Assembly (NCBI GenBank): GCA_030704615.1
Contig: CM060732.1
Location: 1,798,001-1,862,000 of the forward strand
Length of the DNA: 64,000 nucleotides
Direction of reading: 5' to 3'
Origin: Takakia lepidozioides
Taxonomy: Eukaryota; Plantae; Bryophyta
Of this stretch, positions 49,570-61,538 are shown piece by piece. How positions within the stretch are numbered: position 1 is the first letter of the stretch; every line of letters starts with the position of its first letter. The notes beneath the pieces are model-generated. The model worked only from the letters and a program-made list of their open reading frames with translations, was not told the DNA's origin and ran no database searches. The position numbers and the translations under genes are program-made.

Positions 49570-51235
49570 CATTTCGTTCGGGCATTTTGATGAACACTTG
49601 CTGAGCATCAACACACCCCACATTTGCAATACATGCTGAGAAGGGCAGTTCCCACTTTGCCATCCGACTCAAATCCAGTTTTGATCAACCCTGCATGGAG
49701 GCCCTTGCCCTGTTCCAAGACTATTGGGGTAGTACATGCGTTCAAGATGCTCATGAAGGTGATTTTCATTTGGCTCCATACCTTCTCGTTGCATTTGCTG
49801 AAAAAGTTTGAACGCCTCCTCACCATGCCCTTGCTATGTTAATCCTGCAATCATCGCATTCCATGAGATCACATTTCTCTTAGGCATTTTGTCAAACACT
49901 TGACAGGCATGCACCACATTTCCGCACTTGCAATACATGCTCACAAGGGCATTCCCCGCCTGGATATCTGACACCAAAGCAGCTTTGATGATGCTTGCAT
50001 GGAGCAGCTTGCCCTATTCCAGAGCTAGAGGGTTGGTGCAAGCAGTAAGGATGTTAATGAAAGTGGCCTTGTCAGGCTTCACACCTTCTCCTTGCATGCG
50101 TGCAAAGAGTTTGAATGCTTCTGCACCTTGCCCTTGCTGAACTAATCCTGCAATCAAGGCATTCCATGAAACTACATTTCTCCGAGGCATCTTATCACAC
50201 ACTTGGAGCGCATTAGCCACACTCCCACACTTGCAATACATGCTCAGATGGGCATTCCCCACTAGAATCCAGCAACAATGATGCAGGCCTGGAGCCAATT
50301 GCCCTGCTCCAGAGCTGCTGGGAGGGAGCACGCATTGAGAATCCCAATAAATGTAACCTCGTTAGGTTTCACTCCTTCTAGTTGCATATGTCGAAAGAGG
50401 TCGAATGGTTCTGCACCATGGCATTGCTGAGCTAATCCTGCAATCATTGCATTCCATGAGATCACATTGCGTTTGGGCATTTTGTCAAACACTTGGCGTG
50501 CATGCACCACACTCCCGCACTTTGCAATACATGCTAATAAGGGTGTTTCCAACAAAAATGTCTGGCTCGAATTCATTATTGAGAATGTGGGCATGAACCC
50601 CCCTTGCCAATTGCCAAAGCTTTTGTTTTAGCACATCCCTGAAGAAGGCAAGCACAGGTCTGCTCATATGTCTCCAAAACATTCCTACGACACCTATGCT
50701 TGGTAAATCTTTCCAACGTAATATTCCACGTGATCAAAGATCATTGAGGCATTTGTTGAACACTTGGTGAGCATCCCTGATGCTCGGCACTTAACATGCA
50801 TATTGACAAGGGTACGTGTTGAGTAGAAAAACATCTGTCGTGAACCCACTTTGGATAAAGTGAGTGTGCACCTGCTTTCCAGCTTTCGAGACCTTCCATC
50901 TTGATGCACTTAAGCAAGAGACAGACATACATATTTGAATTTGCTAAAATGCCTCCTTGGTTTAGAATCTGTAGAGCCTCTGTCAGGCTGTCTGCCGCAC
51001 AAAGTATCTTCACATGCCCAGAAATGTCAGAAGAGGCATTGTGGACTCCCTCTCTTGATCCTCTTTCAGAAGCTGTGGTCATGGTTGAGGTGCCTGATTT
51101 TATCATCTGTGCCGCTGCAATAGCTGCCTTTAGTTTACCATCTACCCATGTAGGTTTCTTGTAGCTACTGACCCACATGGAATCAAGGTAATCTGGAGCT
51201 TGAAGTCCAACCCTCGTGGATGAATCTGGACCCAC
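49570..51235 (-). pseudogene. PLS-class pentatricopeptide repeat (PPR) gene fragment inside the transposon
   Basis: Repeating SMYCKCGSV..ARQVFDKMP.RNVISWNAMIAG..QG.EAF.LF..MQ.EGVKP...TFI.IL.AC motifs with many frameshifts. Truncated at MPERND; no E/DYW domain is visible. Confidence 0.92.
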
Positions 51236-53363
51236 ACTCTATCCCTGCTCCTTCAGGCAAAAACATGGAAAAACTCTGATAACAGGGAAAAACAGGCTGA
51301 AATGTGTTGAAGAATGTACCTTCATTAGCATCGCCTTGTTCTATCAATTGCACTGCTGCTGCTGATGTTTCCAGTTGACCATCTACCCGCGCGATTGCTT
51401 GTAGCTATTGATCCACAGGGAAGCAGAAAGAAACTTGTGTTTGAAATCCGGCCCTCTTGGATGAATCTGGACCTCTATCCTTGGTCCTTAGCTATCCCTG
51501 CCTGTGGACAAATCATGAATACATCCTCAGCCTTGCTACTAGCAGCTGACACTGATGGCATGAAGTTCTTCCAGCAAACACCCTAAACCCTAATGATGAG
51601 AGGGCAAAACAGACTGAAATAGGTTGAAGAAGAAGGTACAGGGAGCACAAAATCACTCCAAAACCACCATAGATCCACCAACGAGCTAACTTGTAGAATT
51701 CAACATGAAAAAATAGGGACGACTCTACTAACAGGGAAAACAGGCTGAAATGCGTTGAAGAAGGTACCTTCATTAGCAGTGCATTGTTCTATCAATGTGC
51801 TGCTGCCGCTATTGTTTCCAGTTGACCATCTACCCACGAAGAGAAAACACAGAGGTTGAGAATATAGCTCCAACTAGACCACACTTCTGTTTATCTTTCC
51901 ACGATGATTCCTTCCAAGTTACTCCATAAGAACGATAGAAGGTCCAAAGTCATCCAGCTTCTGTGTTTATGTAGTGAGAAAATCACATTGAAAAAGAGAA
52001 CAATGACACTGCCATGAGACTAGGTTATGGGGGCCACAATTCTTTGCCAACATTGTCAGTGCTACTGTCTCTTCTGAGGACATTGTTACTTTTCATGGTG
52101 GCTTACAGTGCCACCTCAAGTTTCGAGGCTCTAGGTGCTTGATGGTAAGGTCAATGACATGTCTGTAAATGGCTGAAAACTGTACACTTGTCACTCCTCA
52201 GAGGCCTCCAAATACTTGAACCCAGGACTCCCAATAAGGTAGCCTCATGGAAACCAACCCAGAATACAGACATTGATCTAAATACCTCCTCATTTGTGTG
52301 CCACAGCTATGGGGTGGGGCCTCAAGCTTCCACAAACAGCAGCCTTGATCTATCTACTAGCTCTAAGATTATCTCTCATTGAATATTCGAATCCAGGAGA
52401 GGAGACACTTGAGACAGAGAGATAAAATGGTGTCTTGAGGCTTGTAGGACTTGTACTTTGAAAGTAATTTCGTTGACTACAATCCTTGCTCAAAGAGCAA
52501 GTATGGCGCCCACCTGAAGATTGCACACACAATCAGGAGATGTGTAGTTCATGCAGACAAATACATCACCAAAATCTGAAGCCTGCTAAAGTAGGTCCAA
52601 AGAACAACAAAAGGAGTAAGCTACCTATGCCTCCCCACACCTTCACTGTCGCTCCATTGCATCCCCGCCACCACTGATGCCATCGTCACCATTCACCTCA
52701 ACCAAGCACACATGGACATCTGCTGGTGAGGTGACGGTCTGCGCATGTCAGGCACCCATGTGAAGCCACAAGCACAACTACTGGAACCATTAACTACATG
52801 AAACCCCTACATTTCATAGTGCAATAAACCAACAAAGTGTACATAAAAACCACTAGAAATTGTGATAAAGGTACCAAGAGATGAAAACTTTGAGAACTAG
52901 AGAGGGAGAGTACCGAGACATAGGCATAATATGCTTCCCATTCCACCATGCATTCCTCCTTCTCCCATTGCCCCTTCACAAATTTCTCTGAATACCATCT
53001 GCTTCCCACCAAAAAGCAGAGATTGAAACATGGCCTGCTAAGACCTAGCTGACACGGAAGGGGCGCGGGAGGAGGGAAAAGAGAGCCCACGGGAGACAGA
53101 TCGCGGGGAGAAAAGAAAAAAAAGAAAAGCAAAACAACAGTGCATCGCGATTTGATCCCGCAGTGCATCACGACACATTCTACGTCCTTACCACTAGACT
53201 ACTCCTACAATTCAATTACCCCCTCCTGTAAGATTATATTTAAGGTGATTTAAACCCCCCTCTATATGTATAATGTTGTACATGGAGGGGTTTAAAATAC
53301 CCCCTCCTGTGCACGCACGTGGCTGGTACATATTGGCTGGAGTGCACCCCCCAGGCTCCAAGT

Positions 53364-55690
53364 GCTCTTCCTTCGTTTTCGAGTACACCAAGATGTCATT
53401 GATGTACACGATCACAAAGTCATCCAACCACTCCTAGAAAAGGCTATTCATTAGCGTGCTAAAGGTCGCGGGTGCGTTGGTGAGCCCAAAAGGCATCACC
53501 AAGAACTCATATGAACCATATCTTGTCCTGCACGCGGTCTTCTCATCATCTCCTTCCGCCACTCAGATTTGATGGTAACCCGAGCGCAAATCGATCCGGC
53601 TGAAATATTTTGCTCCTGCCAACCAATCGAAGTGGTCGTCGATCCTTGGCAGAGGGTACTGGTTTTTTATAGTCACCTTATTCAGAGCCCTGTAATCGAC
53701 ACACATTCGCAACGTCCCATCCTTTTTGTCTGCAAATAGCACCGGGGCTCCGTAAGGTGACTTACTCGGCCGGATGTACCCCTTTGACATTAGATCCTTG
53801 AGCTGGGCCTTCAACTCGACCAACTCTCTGTGGCTCAACCGGTAGGGTGCCTTGGCAGGCAGCTCCGATCCCGGTATCACCTCTATCTTGTGGTCAACTC
53901 CTCTTTGCGGTGGCAAGCCGCTTGGTAAATCCTCCAGCATCACATCCTGATATTTCTTCAAGATCCCCTTGATCCAATATGGGCTCGGCTCCCTATCGAC
54001 TTCTCCTTCCATTTGTCTTACGTAAAGCAAAAACTGGGGCTCATGTGGCTCCTCCACGGCCCACTCCTTTGCTGACAGCAGGTTTATTCGCCCTCCCACT
54101 CGGTTGGGCATTTCCGATACCTGTAAAACTTCGCCACCATTCCCACACGATAGCATGACTATTCTCTTGCGGCCATCTATGACCGCTCCGGATTTGCTCA
54201 AAAAGGTCATCCCCAAAATGAGATCCACTCCATTAATCTCGCAAATGGTGAAGTTTTCACGTCCCTCCCAACTCCCCAGCTGAAGAGGAACATTGAACGC
54301 CATCCTCGTCAACAATTATGGTTCTCCTCACCTCAATAGAGGCCCCCACATCACTTGTCGGGAGCCCTAGCTTCCATGCCGTTGTCGGTGTCATGAAGGA
54401 GTGCGATGTTCCTGTGTCCACCAACAACGACACGTTAGTTCCAAAAATTATCCCACTCACGAACATTAACTGACTCCCTTTACGCAGGGCGTCAGTCTCC
54501 TGATACAACTCACAATAGTAGTTGCCTACCTTGCAAGTCTTGGCGACCACCGCTTCCACCAAGCGGCTGATGGAATCTTCGGACAGCTCCGTGGTTGCCC
54601 GAGTCATGTTCAATTGTCGGGGTTTCGCGCACTTCTTGGCCATGTGCCCGGGCTCCCCGCAATTAAAGCACACTCCTTCGAAGGTTGCCTTCTGTCCGCC
54701 ATAAGCCGCCACACCTGATTTTTCTTTCGGAGCACCGGGTGCCACCTTGACGTGTGAAGGCCCTCCCTTCGATTTCCATGTGCCATTGTCGCCGCATGGC
54801 CTATCCCGCTTCTTTTCCGGTTGGAAGGAGTCACCCTCCCGCCAGGTCTTCTTGTGGTTTAGCTCCGTACGGCCATGTCTTTCGCCCCTAGGGACATCCG
54901 AGAAACATTCAGCCCTTTCAATTGCCTCGTTCAAAGTCTTAGGTGGCTTCTCCTCCAACTTCCGCCTGGCCCATGGGGCCAGTCCCGCCACAAAGTTGAA
55001 GACCATTTTTGGTTCTGCCATATCCGCGACTTCGAGCAACAACACATTGAAAGCCTGAGCATATCCCTGAATGTCATCCGTTTGCTTCAAATTCCTCACC
55101 TTGTCCCGGGCGAGCCAGGACGCGTTGAGGGGCACAAATTGTCTTCTCATAAGTTCCTTGAACACACTCCAGCTTAAGGTTTCTGGGTTTGGACCTTGGT
55201 CATGAAGGCGTTTCTGCCACCATTGTTGAGCATAACCCCTCAAATAGGTGGGAGCCACTTCCACCCGATCCTCGTCACTCAACTTGGTCGCTCGGAAGTA
55301 CTGCTCTAGCTCCAAGAGCCAGGTGTTGAGTGCCTTCCGATTTCGGACGCACTCGAAGGTGTCGGGTTCCTTAGGCTTCACCTTAAACTTTGCCTTAGTG
55401 GAAGTGGCATTAGCCGCCTTCAACATGTCCTTCAACGTCCCACCAAACTGCGCCAACAACCCTTCCCAAAAGGCTGCTGGCATGGGAGGCATCTGTTGGT
55501 CTGGCGGAGCCTCTGGAAAGTCCTCGGGCTCCGACTCCCAAAATTCCTCCCGTCCTTGTGCGGCCTTGCTTTCAGAAGCATGAATCGCCTTTTCCGATTG
55601 CCGCTTTGGTGACACGTCGCCCCCACCGGGCTCACCCGGATCATCATCTTTCGGGCCGTTTCGCTTTCGCTTTGTCTTGCCCAACCCCAT
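53364..55690 (-). pseudogene. Gypsy gag-protease-RT N-terminus
   Basis: ORFs 54257-55744 and 53563-54315, with CCHC knuckle, [35 protein letters not shown] and MPFGLTNAP. Confidence 0.93.
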
Positions 55691-55731
55691 GATGAGGCCG
55701 ATCTCAAGGACGATCGCGTACTGAACTCTAA

Positions 55732-55743
55732 GCTCTGATACCA
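55732..55743 (-). promoter_or_regulatory. Primer-binding site (tRNA-iMet)
   Basis: GCTCTGATACCA on + (TGGTATCAGAGC on -), adjacent to the LTR end at 55746. Confidence 0.92.
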
Positions 55744-55745
55744 AG

Positions 55746-56219
55746 TGTCGTGCACCTCACTTTGGTAAGCTCCCCTTCAAGTCAGAGTTACTCACTTTGA
55801 TGCACGTGCCTAACTCCCAAATTGGCCGCCGGGCCAACTCGGAGCTTCGGCTGCTCACCGGGACATAACGGTCCCCCTCTACTCCTCCATAAGACCCTCT
55901 CTCAATTTGGGCCTAGTGGAAATTCCCTTTGGTTGTTGGCAGTCCGGAACAGCTCCCCACACCTTGGTCGTTTTCGGCTCGCACGCTTACTCACTAGTTT
56001 TTGGTCACCAACGGGCTTGCACCGTTCTCGGGGTTACTACTCCCTATATAAACTTCTGTGACTATCCGCGGGGGTTTCACAAACAACCCAGTCATTTTAT
56101 GGCGAACCACCACGAAGACCCTCCATTCCCGGTGATGAGTCGCGGTGAGTCTTGACCCACCCACCACGGCCCCATTGGACCGTGATGAGTCCCAAGACTC
56201 CCCACGACTCCCACCACAA
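55746..56219 (-). repeat. 5' LTR (truncated at its outer end)
   Basis: Aligns with 42104-42579; homology stops abruptly after CCCACCACAA. Confidence 0.9.
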
Positions 56220-56290
56220 ACTGGGAATTGGACATAGAGAAGGAGTGGGGCACCACAACAAGGATGACCAGCCACATCAAACCGGCCTAG

Positions 56291-57175
56291 AGGGAGGAGA
56301 TACCACGACGCATTTTCCCGTCATGGATATCAGATGACACAGTTTGTTCGATGTGCAGGAATCCAAATGGCCCAGTTGGATGTCATGTGCTTGGATCATG
56401 TGGACATATGTTCCATATCACATGTCTTATCCCGCAAGCCTTGCGGATGAGCGTTTGCCCAGAATGCCGTACACCAATCCATCGCCGTTTCTATGAGCTG
56501 GTGGGTTTGGAGGAAATGATGCCCATAGGTTTTGAATACAATTGACACAACCTCCAATTAGATGGGCTACCATTTACATTTTTGAATTGCGTGCATTGGG
56601 GCAAGAACTTGATATGGGATGCAAACACAGAGATGCATGGCATACATGTCGGAAACCCGACATACATTAAAGATCCCCAATATTTCTGGGTCATATCTGA
56701 CTGGGAGATAACCATACGTGCGGGAGGCATTCCCGATTGGTGGGAGAGAGAGCAGTTTTGCCGCAATTTGGGAGGGCATTGGAGTCAGAGAAGGTCCAGG
56801 TTTATCCGGCTCCCACAGGTTCCATGGATGCCGGAGGAGAACGAATTGTATAACCGAGAACCGATTGGGAGACATTTGTTGCTGTCCGAACTGGAAGATG
56901 CTATAATATGTCAACGCCGAATGAATGAGGCGTATGAGGCGGCTTATCGTCTAAGCGACACAATGATTAGGGACAGGGCCCGCGAGAGGCAATTGGAAAG
57001 TTTCAAAAGTACCATCAAGGCAGTTGTAGAGCAATGGAGGCGACTATGGACAGACCGTTATCATCGTGTTTCGGGGGTTCCATTGCCGAATGTGGACGGC
57101 CTCGTTGCCGATTTGCATGCAGCCCGAGCACTTGTTGTTGATTCACCTCCGCCACGTCGTGAGAGTGAAGAATAA
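56291..57175 (+). pseudogene. RING-H2 zinc-finger protein, intronless, with one internal in-frame stop
   Basis: CSMC-x13-CGHMFHITC-x10-CPEC. ORFs 56351-56545 and 56582-57175 share a frame across the TGA at 56543-56545. Confidence 0.7.
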
Positions 57176-58722
57176 AGTCAACTTTTGTCGTGAAGTAGGC
57201 GGATGCAGGCCAGAATTGGGCAGAGACCTTCTGTTCGACCCCGAAATTTTGTGCTCATATCGATCGAACATAAAATCCACATCTACCCAGTTGGTATACC
57301 CGGCAAATACGCTTGATGCGTTGCGGAGATCATTATACCTTTGCATGTTGGCATAAATGTTATCCACGCTACGGTTTATCATGCGTGCGACATGTTACAA
57401 GGCTGACAGTGCCCGCTCTACCCGTGCTTCTCTGGAGGCCAAATGGGTCGCCCATTGTACCCAATTTTCCCAATCGTCATTCAATGGGACCCATGCCCGA
57501 ATCTCCAATGTTTTGGACAAGCGCCATGCAGTTGTCATGGCTATATCCCGCTCCTTTGTGACGCGGTCGATATCGGATTCATCTCGGATTGAATGGCGAC
57601 CCTCGAGCATTCCCCGGTTTCCAGTACTGGTTCTTTTCCTTTTCTCCTTCTCTCATCCGCAATTCGTTATTCCCCAACCATGGTTTCATCGGCCGCATGG
57701 TCAAGGACGTCCGTAATTTCGTGAATGATGAGGTCAATACTGCGATCGGGCATTGCAAACTTTGCGTCCATGTCCACGACGTTTGTTCGAACCTCATTGT
57801 GGACAACAGTGCATTCATTGTTTGGAGGCATGTCTTGCAATCTAGCTTCCAACTCGGCTATGCACAGTGTTTGCCAGTTCAGTCGGTCGTGCAGGGTCCT
57901 GATTCGCTGGTCTCTTTCCGCCAATTGTTCCTCTAACGTTGCAGCCGGATGTGTTCCAAACGTGTCCGGGATGTACTCCAAATCGTATAGCATCCTTGCG
58001 TAACAGTTTGCCAGTTCACTGGACGCAACAGTATGACCTCCACGTACAACATGGCTGCCAAGGTGTACGGGATTTGGCCCTTTAAGAGAGGTTGACCCCA
58101 CAATGTGCAATGCACCTCATTCGCCCTATGCTGGAAATGCAAGTTCGTGCAAGACCTGGACTCTGCATAATTGTTTCGGGTTTGCACGTCATGCCTATCC
58201 AGAGGCCACAATCGATTGATTTGGTATCACTTCACGAATTTTTTGCATCTCGCCATCGGCCACCTGAACTCTTTCGGAACATCCTCCCAGCCCTCTTCTG
58301 CTAGTATGCTAGAGTCATCGTATACTTCCCAATTCAAGTCTTGCCTTGACCCTTTGATTTTCTTAGGGGGCGGTCCATGTCATCTCTTCCATGACGCTCA
58401 TCGTCTTGGCCCTCTGTCATTCTGCAACAATCGGAGCAACACGTAACGAGGTTCACTAATAAGACGTAACTCTAAACCCTTCACCGGAAAAGAGTCTGAG
58501 TAGGTGTCAGAATAGTTCCTAAAAGCTAATTTTGTAAAATAAAATGGTCTGTTGCGCAACACGTTAGTTAAGGTGGAATTGTAGTGGTAGGTTGTCATCA
58601 TCCGAGGCTTCAACTTCCGCCCGGTCCAATGTAGCAGAATGATGCGTGCGTGTGGAAAACAGATCAACCCTGTTGCTCCTTAATGCCCATTGCATCTGTG
58701 GGGAGCTGGATCGGTTTTGGCA

Positions 58723-59285
58723 TTATGGTGGAGCTGGTCGTATCGGTGAGGCATGTTCCCGTCCCGTCGACTGTACAATGGATTCGACACCATCGTTTGT
58801 ATGAACAGGGTTGCGTACGTCGCTCGGTCCTGGTAGTTCATCACCCCTAAGCTCCGTTGGGGCACTGCCAGTAGCTTCAGCATATAGTGGGGGGCGAGGG
58901 TAGACCCCAACTTCATTATGAGGACCATGTTCTAGGGAGGACATAATTGCAGCTTCACCTTCAACTGCGATACGTACTTCCTCAAGAAGGTCATCAAAGT
59001 CGGCTGTATAGACATCCTCCTCTGTGAATGTAAACGGATCATACGCATTGTCGGGAGCATCATCGGACCCATCTTCACTATCGGAGGCAGATGACTCCCT
59101 CTGAGATGATTCCTTCTGAGACTTAGTATCGTCACTCATCAAATCTACCTCAGAAGCAGAATCTTCGGAATGCAAATTCCTCTCGTACCATGCTGCAGCA
59201 TCATCCGCTGCTCTCTCACGTAGAAGTCGGCAATTGGTATACACATACACCAATTTGTCATCCCTCGCCGGGTCTAGTTGTATAG
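58723..59285 (-). pseudogene. hAT transposase extreme C-terminus (end of dimerisation domain plus acidic tail)
   Basis: LDPARDDKLVYVYTNCRLL resembles the hAT RNRL..RA.KLVYVH.NLRL motif and is followed by a D/E/S-rich tail. Confidence 0.6.
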
Positions 59286-60110
59286 AGCCGATGTATCTGA
59301 AAACGATGAGGATTTGACTTGGATGAATCTGCATAGAAAAACATTTTGGTACGACCAGTTGCATTAAAAACAATGCGAATGAAGATAATACGGTTTCTCC
59401 CGGCTCTTTAACGGACAGTTGTAGAAATCCAAATGCAACTAGCATGATTGGTCAGGGGAGTCTCTGCTGTCATTCTCCTATGGAACTCTGGTCGATAAAC
59501 ACACCAGTAGCAATAGGCCGATGCTTAAGAGGACATACTCTGGAATCACGCAATCCGAAAGTGGCGATCCAGATCTGCAGACTCTTGATTCAAATATGCA
59601 GATGAGGAGAAGTCTAGCTTTGTACCTCTCATCAGATGAACGTCTCAGCTGCCCCTGGATATGTTCCAGACTCACCAGTTGATTACACTCCAATGAGCAT
59701 GGACCGCACCGGCAATCTCGGCCTCCTCCATGGACACTAGGGTTTCAAGAACAAGCTCGAGTTGTTCATGGTGTGAAAGAGAAGCCAAAGAGCGGCACAT
59801 GCTTGGGTTGGAAACACCATAGAAAGAATACAACAATGGTAGCTTGAGGAGCATTGAGTAGCTCAAGAGAAGCTAAGAAGTTGTTGATCTATCCATGGTG
59901 AAATGAAGCCAAGTAGGGTTTCATTTGGTTGACAAACAAGCAAGCGACGCTAGAAGGGAGTGCTTTTGCTACTTCTATGAATTCTTGGATTGCCCTTGGT
60001 GAAGCAAGTGGTTGACCAAGCAAGTGGCGCATGTGTAGAGCATGCTTTCCAAGTGTGGCTTCCAATTCAAGCTTGAGGAGAGCTACAAGGTCTCTACAAA
60101 CCCTAGTCTC

Positions 60111-60349
60111 CATACACTTCAAGAAACTGTGTATGGGCTCCCTCTTCCCAACATACACTTTTGTTAACAAAGTATGGGCCCCCTCTGCCAAACATACACT
60201 TTTGTGAACAATGTATGGGACCCCTGCCCAACATACATTTTTGTAAACAAAGTATGGGCTCCCCCTGCCCCACCATACTCTTTTGTGAACAGTGTATGGA
60301 CAAGTGGAGAGACTTTGCCTACCATACATTTCATTGAAAGTGTATGACA
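60111..60349. repeat. ~40-bp tandem repeat, six units, each with an internal hairpin
   Basis: CATACACTTTT-GTG-AACAAAGTATGGG..CCC units at ~60111, 60152, 60193, 60232, 60274 and 60322. Confidence 0.85.
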
Positions 60350-60449
60350 TCTAGGGTGAATCTGGAGGAGTACTGCCTTTGGAGGATCTTTGGGGGGTAC
60401 TTTGAGGAGCTTTTGTAAGACACTTGAATAGCTCTTGAAGGGGTGGTTG

Positions 60450-60735
60450 GAGGACTATTTGGAGGACTATTGGGGGTCCTTGAAGACCAATATTTGGCAA
60501 ACATTTGGAGCCTTTGGAGGGCTATTTGGAGGACTATTTGGGGTCCTTGGAGGCCAAAATTGGCGAGCTTAAGGAGTCTTTGGCAACTTGTTTGAAGGAC
60601 TATTTGGGGTCCTTGAGGGCCAAGATTTGGCGAGCTTAAAGAGTCTTTGGCGACTTGTTTGAAGGACTATTTGGGGTCCTTGAGGGCCAAGGTTTGGCAG
60701 GCTCTTGGGGCCTTGATGGACTATTTGGAGTCTAA
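60450..60735. repeat. ~66-67-bp tandem repeat
   Basis: GGACTATTTGGGGTCCTTG..GGCCAA..TTGGCGAGCTTAA.GAGTCTTTGGC.ACTTGTTTGAA units at ~60531, 60597 and 60664, with degenerate flanking units. Confidence 0.8.
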
Positions 60736-61538
60736 TTGTACAGGCTTTTGGGGACCTTAGTGAGATTGTTTGAGAGACATCTTGAGGGCTCTTGGAGAGT
60801 TATTTGAGAGACCCTGGAAGGTAGTCTTGTTTGTTGGTCATGAGTAAGAGCGTTTGGAGATAGGGGGAGACTAGTGGGATGAGAGCATTCTAAGATTAGG
60901 AATTGCTTTCCTTCCCCGTAGTCTTCCACCCTCTCTGTAGGCCAAAACCTTTCTGTAGGTGGAGGCAAGAGTCAGTCCGGGTGTGGGCTGGGGTGTCTTG
61001 CAGGAGCGACATTGTGGAGTGTTTTTTTGGTGTGGGGGAGTTACTGTCTTGATTTTCTTGTGTTTGGATCCCCCCCACACCTGCATGCTTGACTGTGCGC
61101 CATGTCAGTTTTGTGTGGGCGCTTGTTTTTATAGGAGGTTGGTCCGGATTTGATCACCGACCAATCTTAGAACGTGCTGTCGGTGGTGAGGCTGGGGTGA
61201 TGACCAGTCAGACCATCATTGTTTCCCTTATGGTGAGGCTCAGTTGATGACCAACAAACCATAGGAGTGTTTGAGGTGGATGCAGGTGTAGGTGTAGGTT
61301 TATGTTACGGACCTAGTACTAGTCTAAGTCATAGGCCGCAACAAGTTCTCTACCCGGTTACCTTGTGGAGAGGGGGATTAGATACAGGTTTACAACAAGT
61401 GTGGTTGTGAGTTTTCATCACGGAGGTGCCACCAGTTGCTGAGGGGAGTGCCGGTGCGAGCACCAGCGATACTAGACTTTGCCTTAAGAACAGTGATTTG
61501 GGTATTGAAACAACAATGCAAGCATCCACAGGTTGAAT

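Larger units (their letters stand above)
43898..53355 (-). mobile_element. 9458-bp cut-and-paste DNA transposon with P-element-like transposase and gene cargo
   Basis: Perfect 16-bp TIRs CCTGGGGGGTGCACTC (43898-43913 / 53340-53355) and 8-bp TSD CTCCAAGT (43890-43897 / 53356-53363). Removing it restores the RT frame EEHLE|HLKKV. Subterminal ACCCCCTC(C)TGTA motifs occur at both ends. Confidence 0.93.
42104..56219 (-). mobile_element. Ty3/Gypsy LTR retrotransposon (chromovirus-like), defective, split by a nested DNA transposon
   Basis: LTR 55746-56219, PBS, gag with CFNCGEPGHMAKKC, protease LLVDTG, RT ([16 protein letters not shown]), RNase H (TDASD) and integrase HHCC, then LTR 42104-42740. 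Domain order PR-RT-RH-IN. Confidence 0.95.

Noticed and set aside
43898-53355. hAT classification based on the 8-bp TSD
   Set aside because: No CxxH, RW or hAT dimerisation motifs are visible; DxxH and D.CE.FF motifs fit the P superfamily better, pending phylogeny.
42099-56224. Target-site duplication for the Gypsy element
   Set aside because: The outer end of the 5' LTR is missing, so no TSD can be verified.
60111-60349. CRISPR-like palindromic repeat array
   Set aside because: Units are contiguous with short related linkers and no unique spacers; it is a minisatellite.
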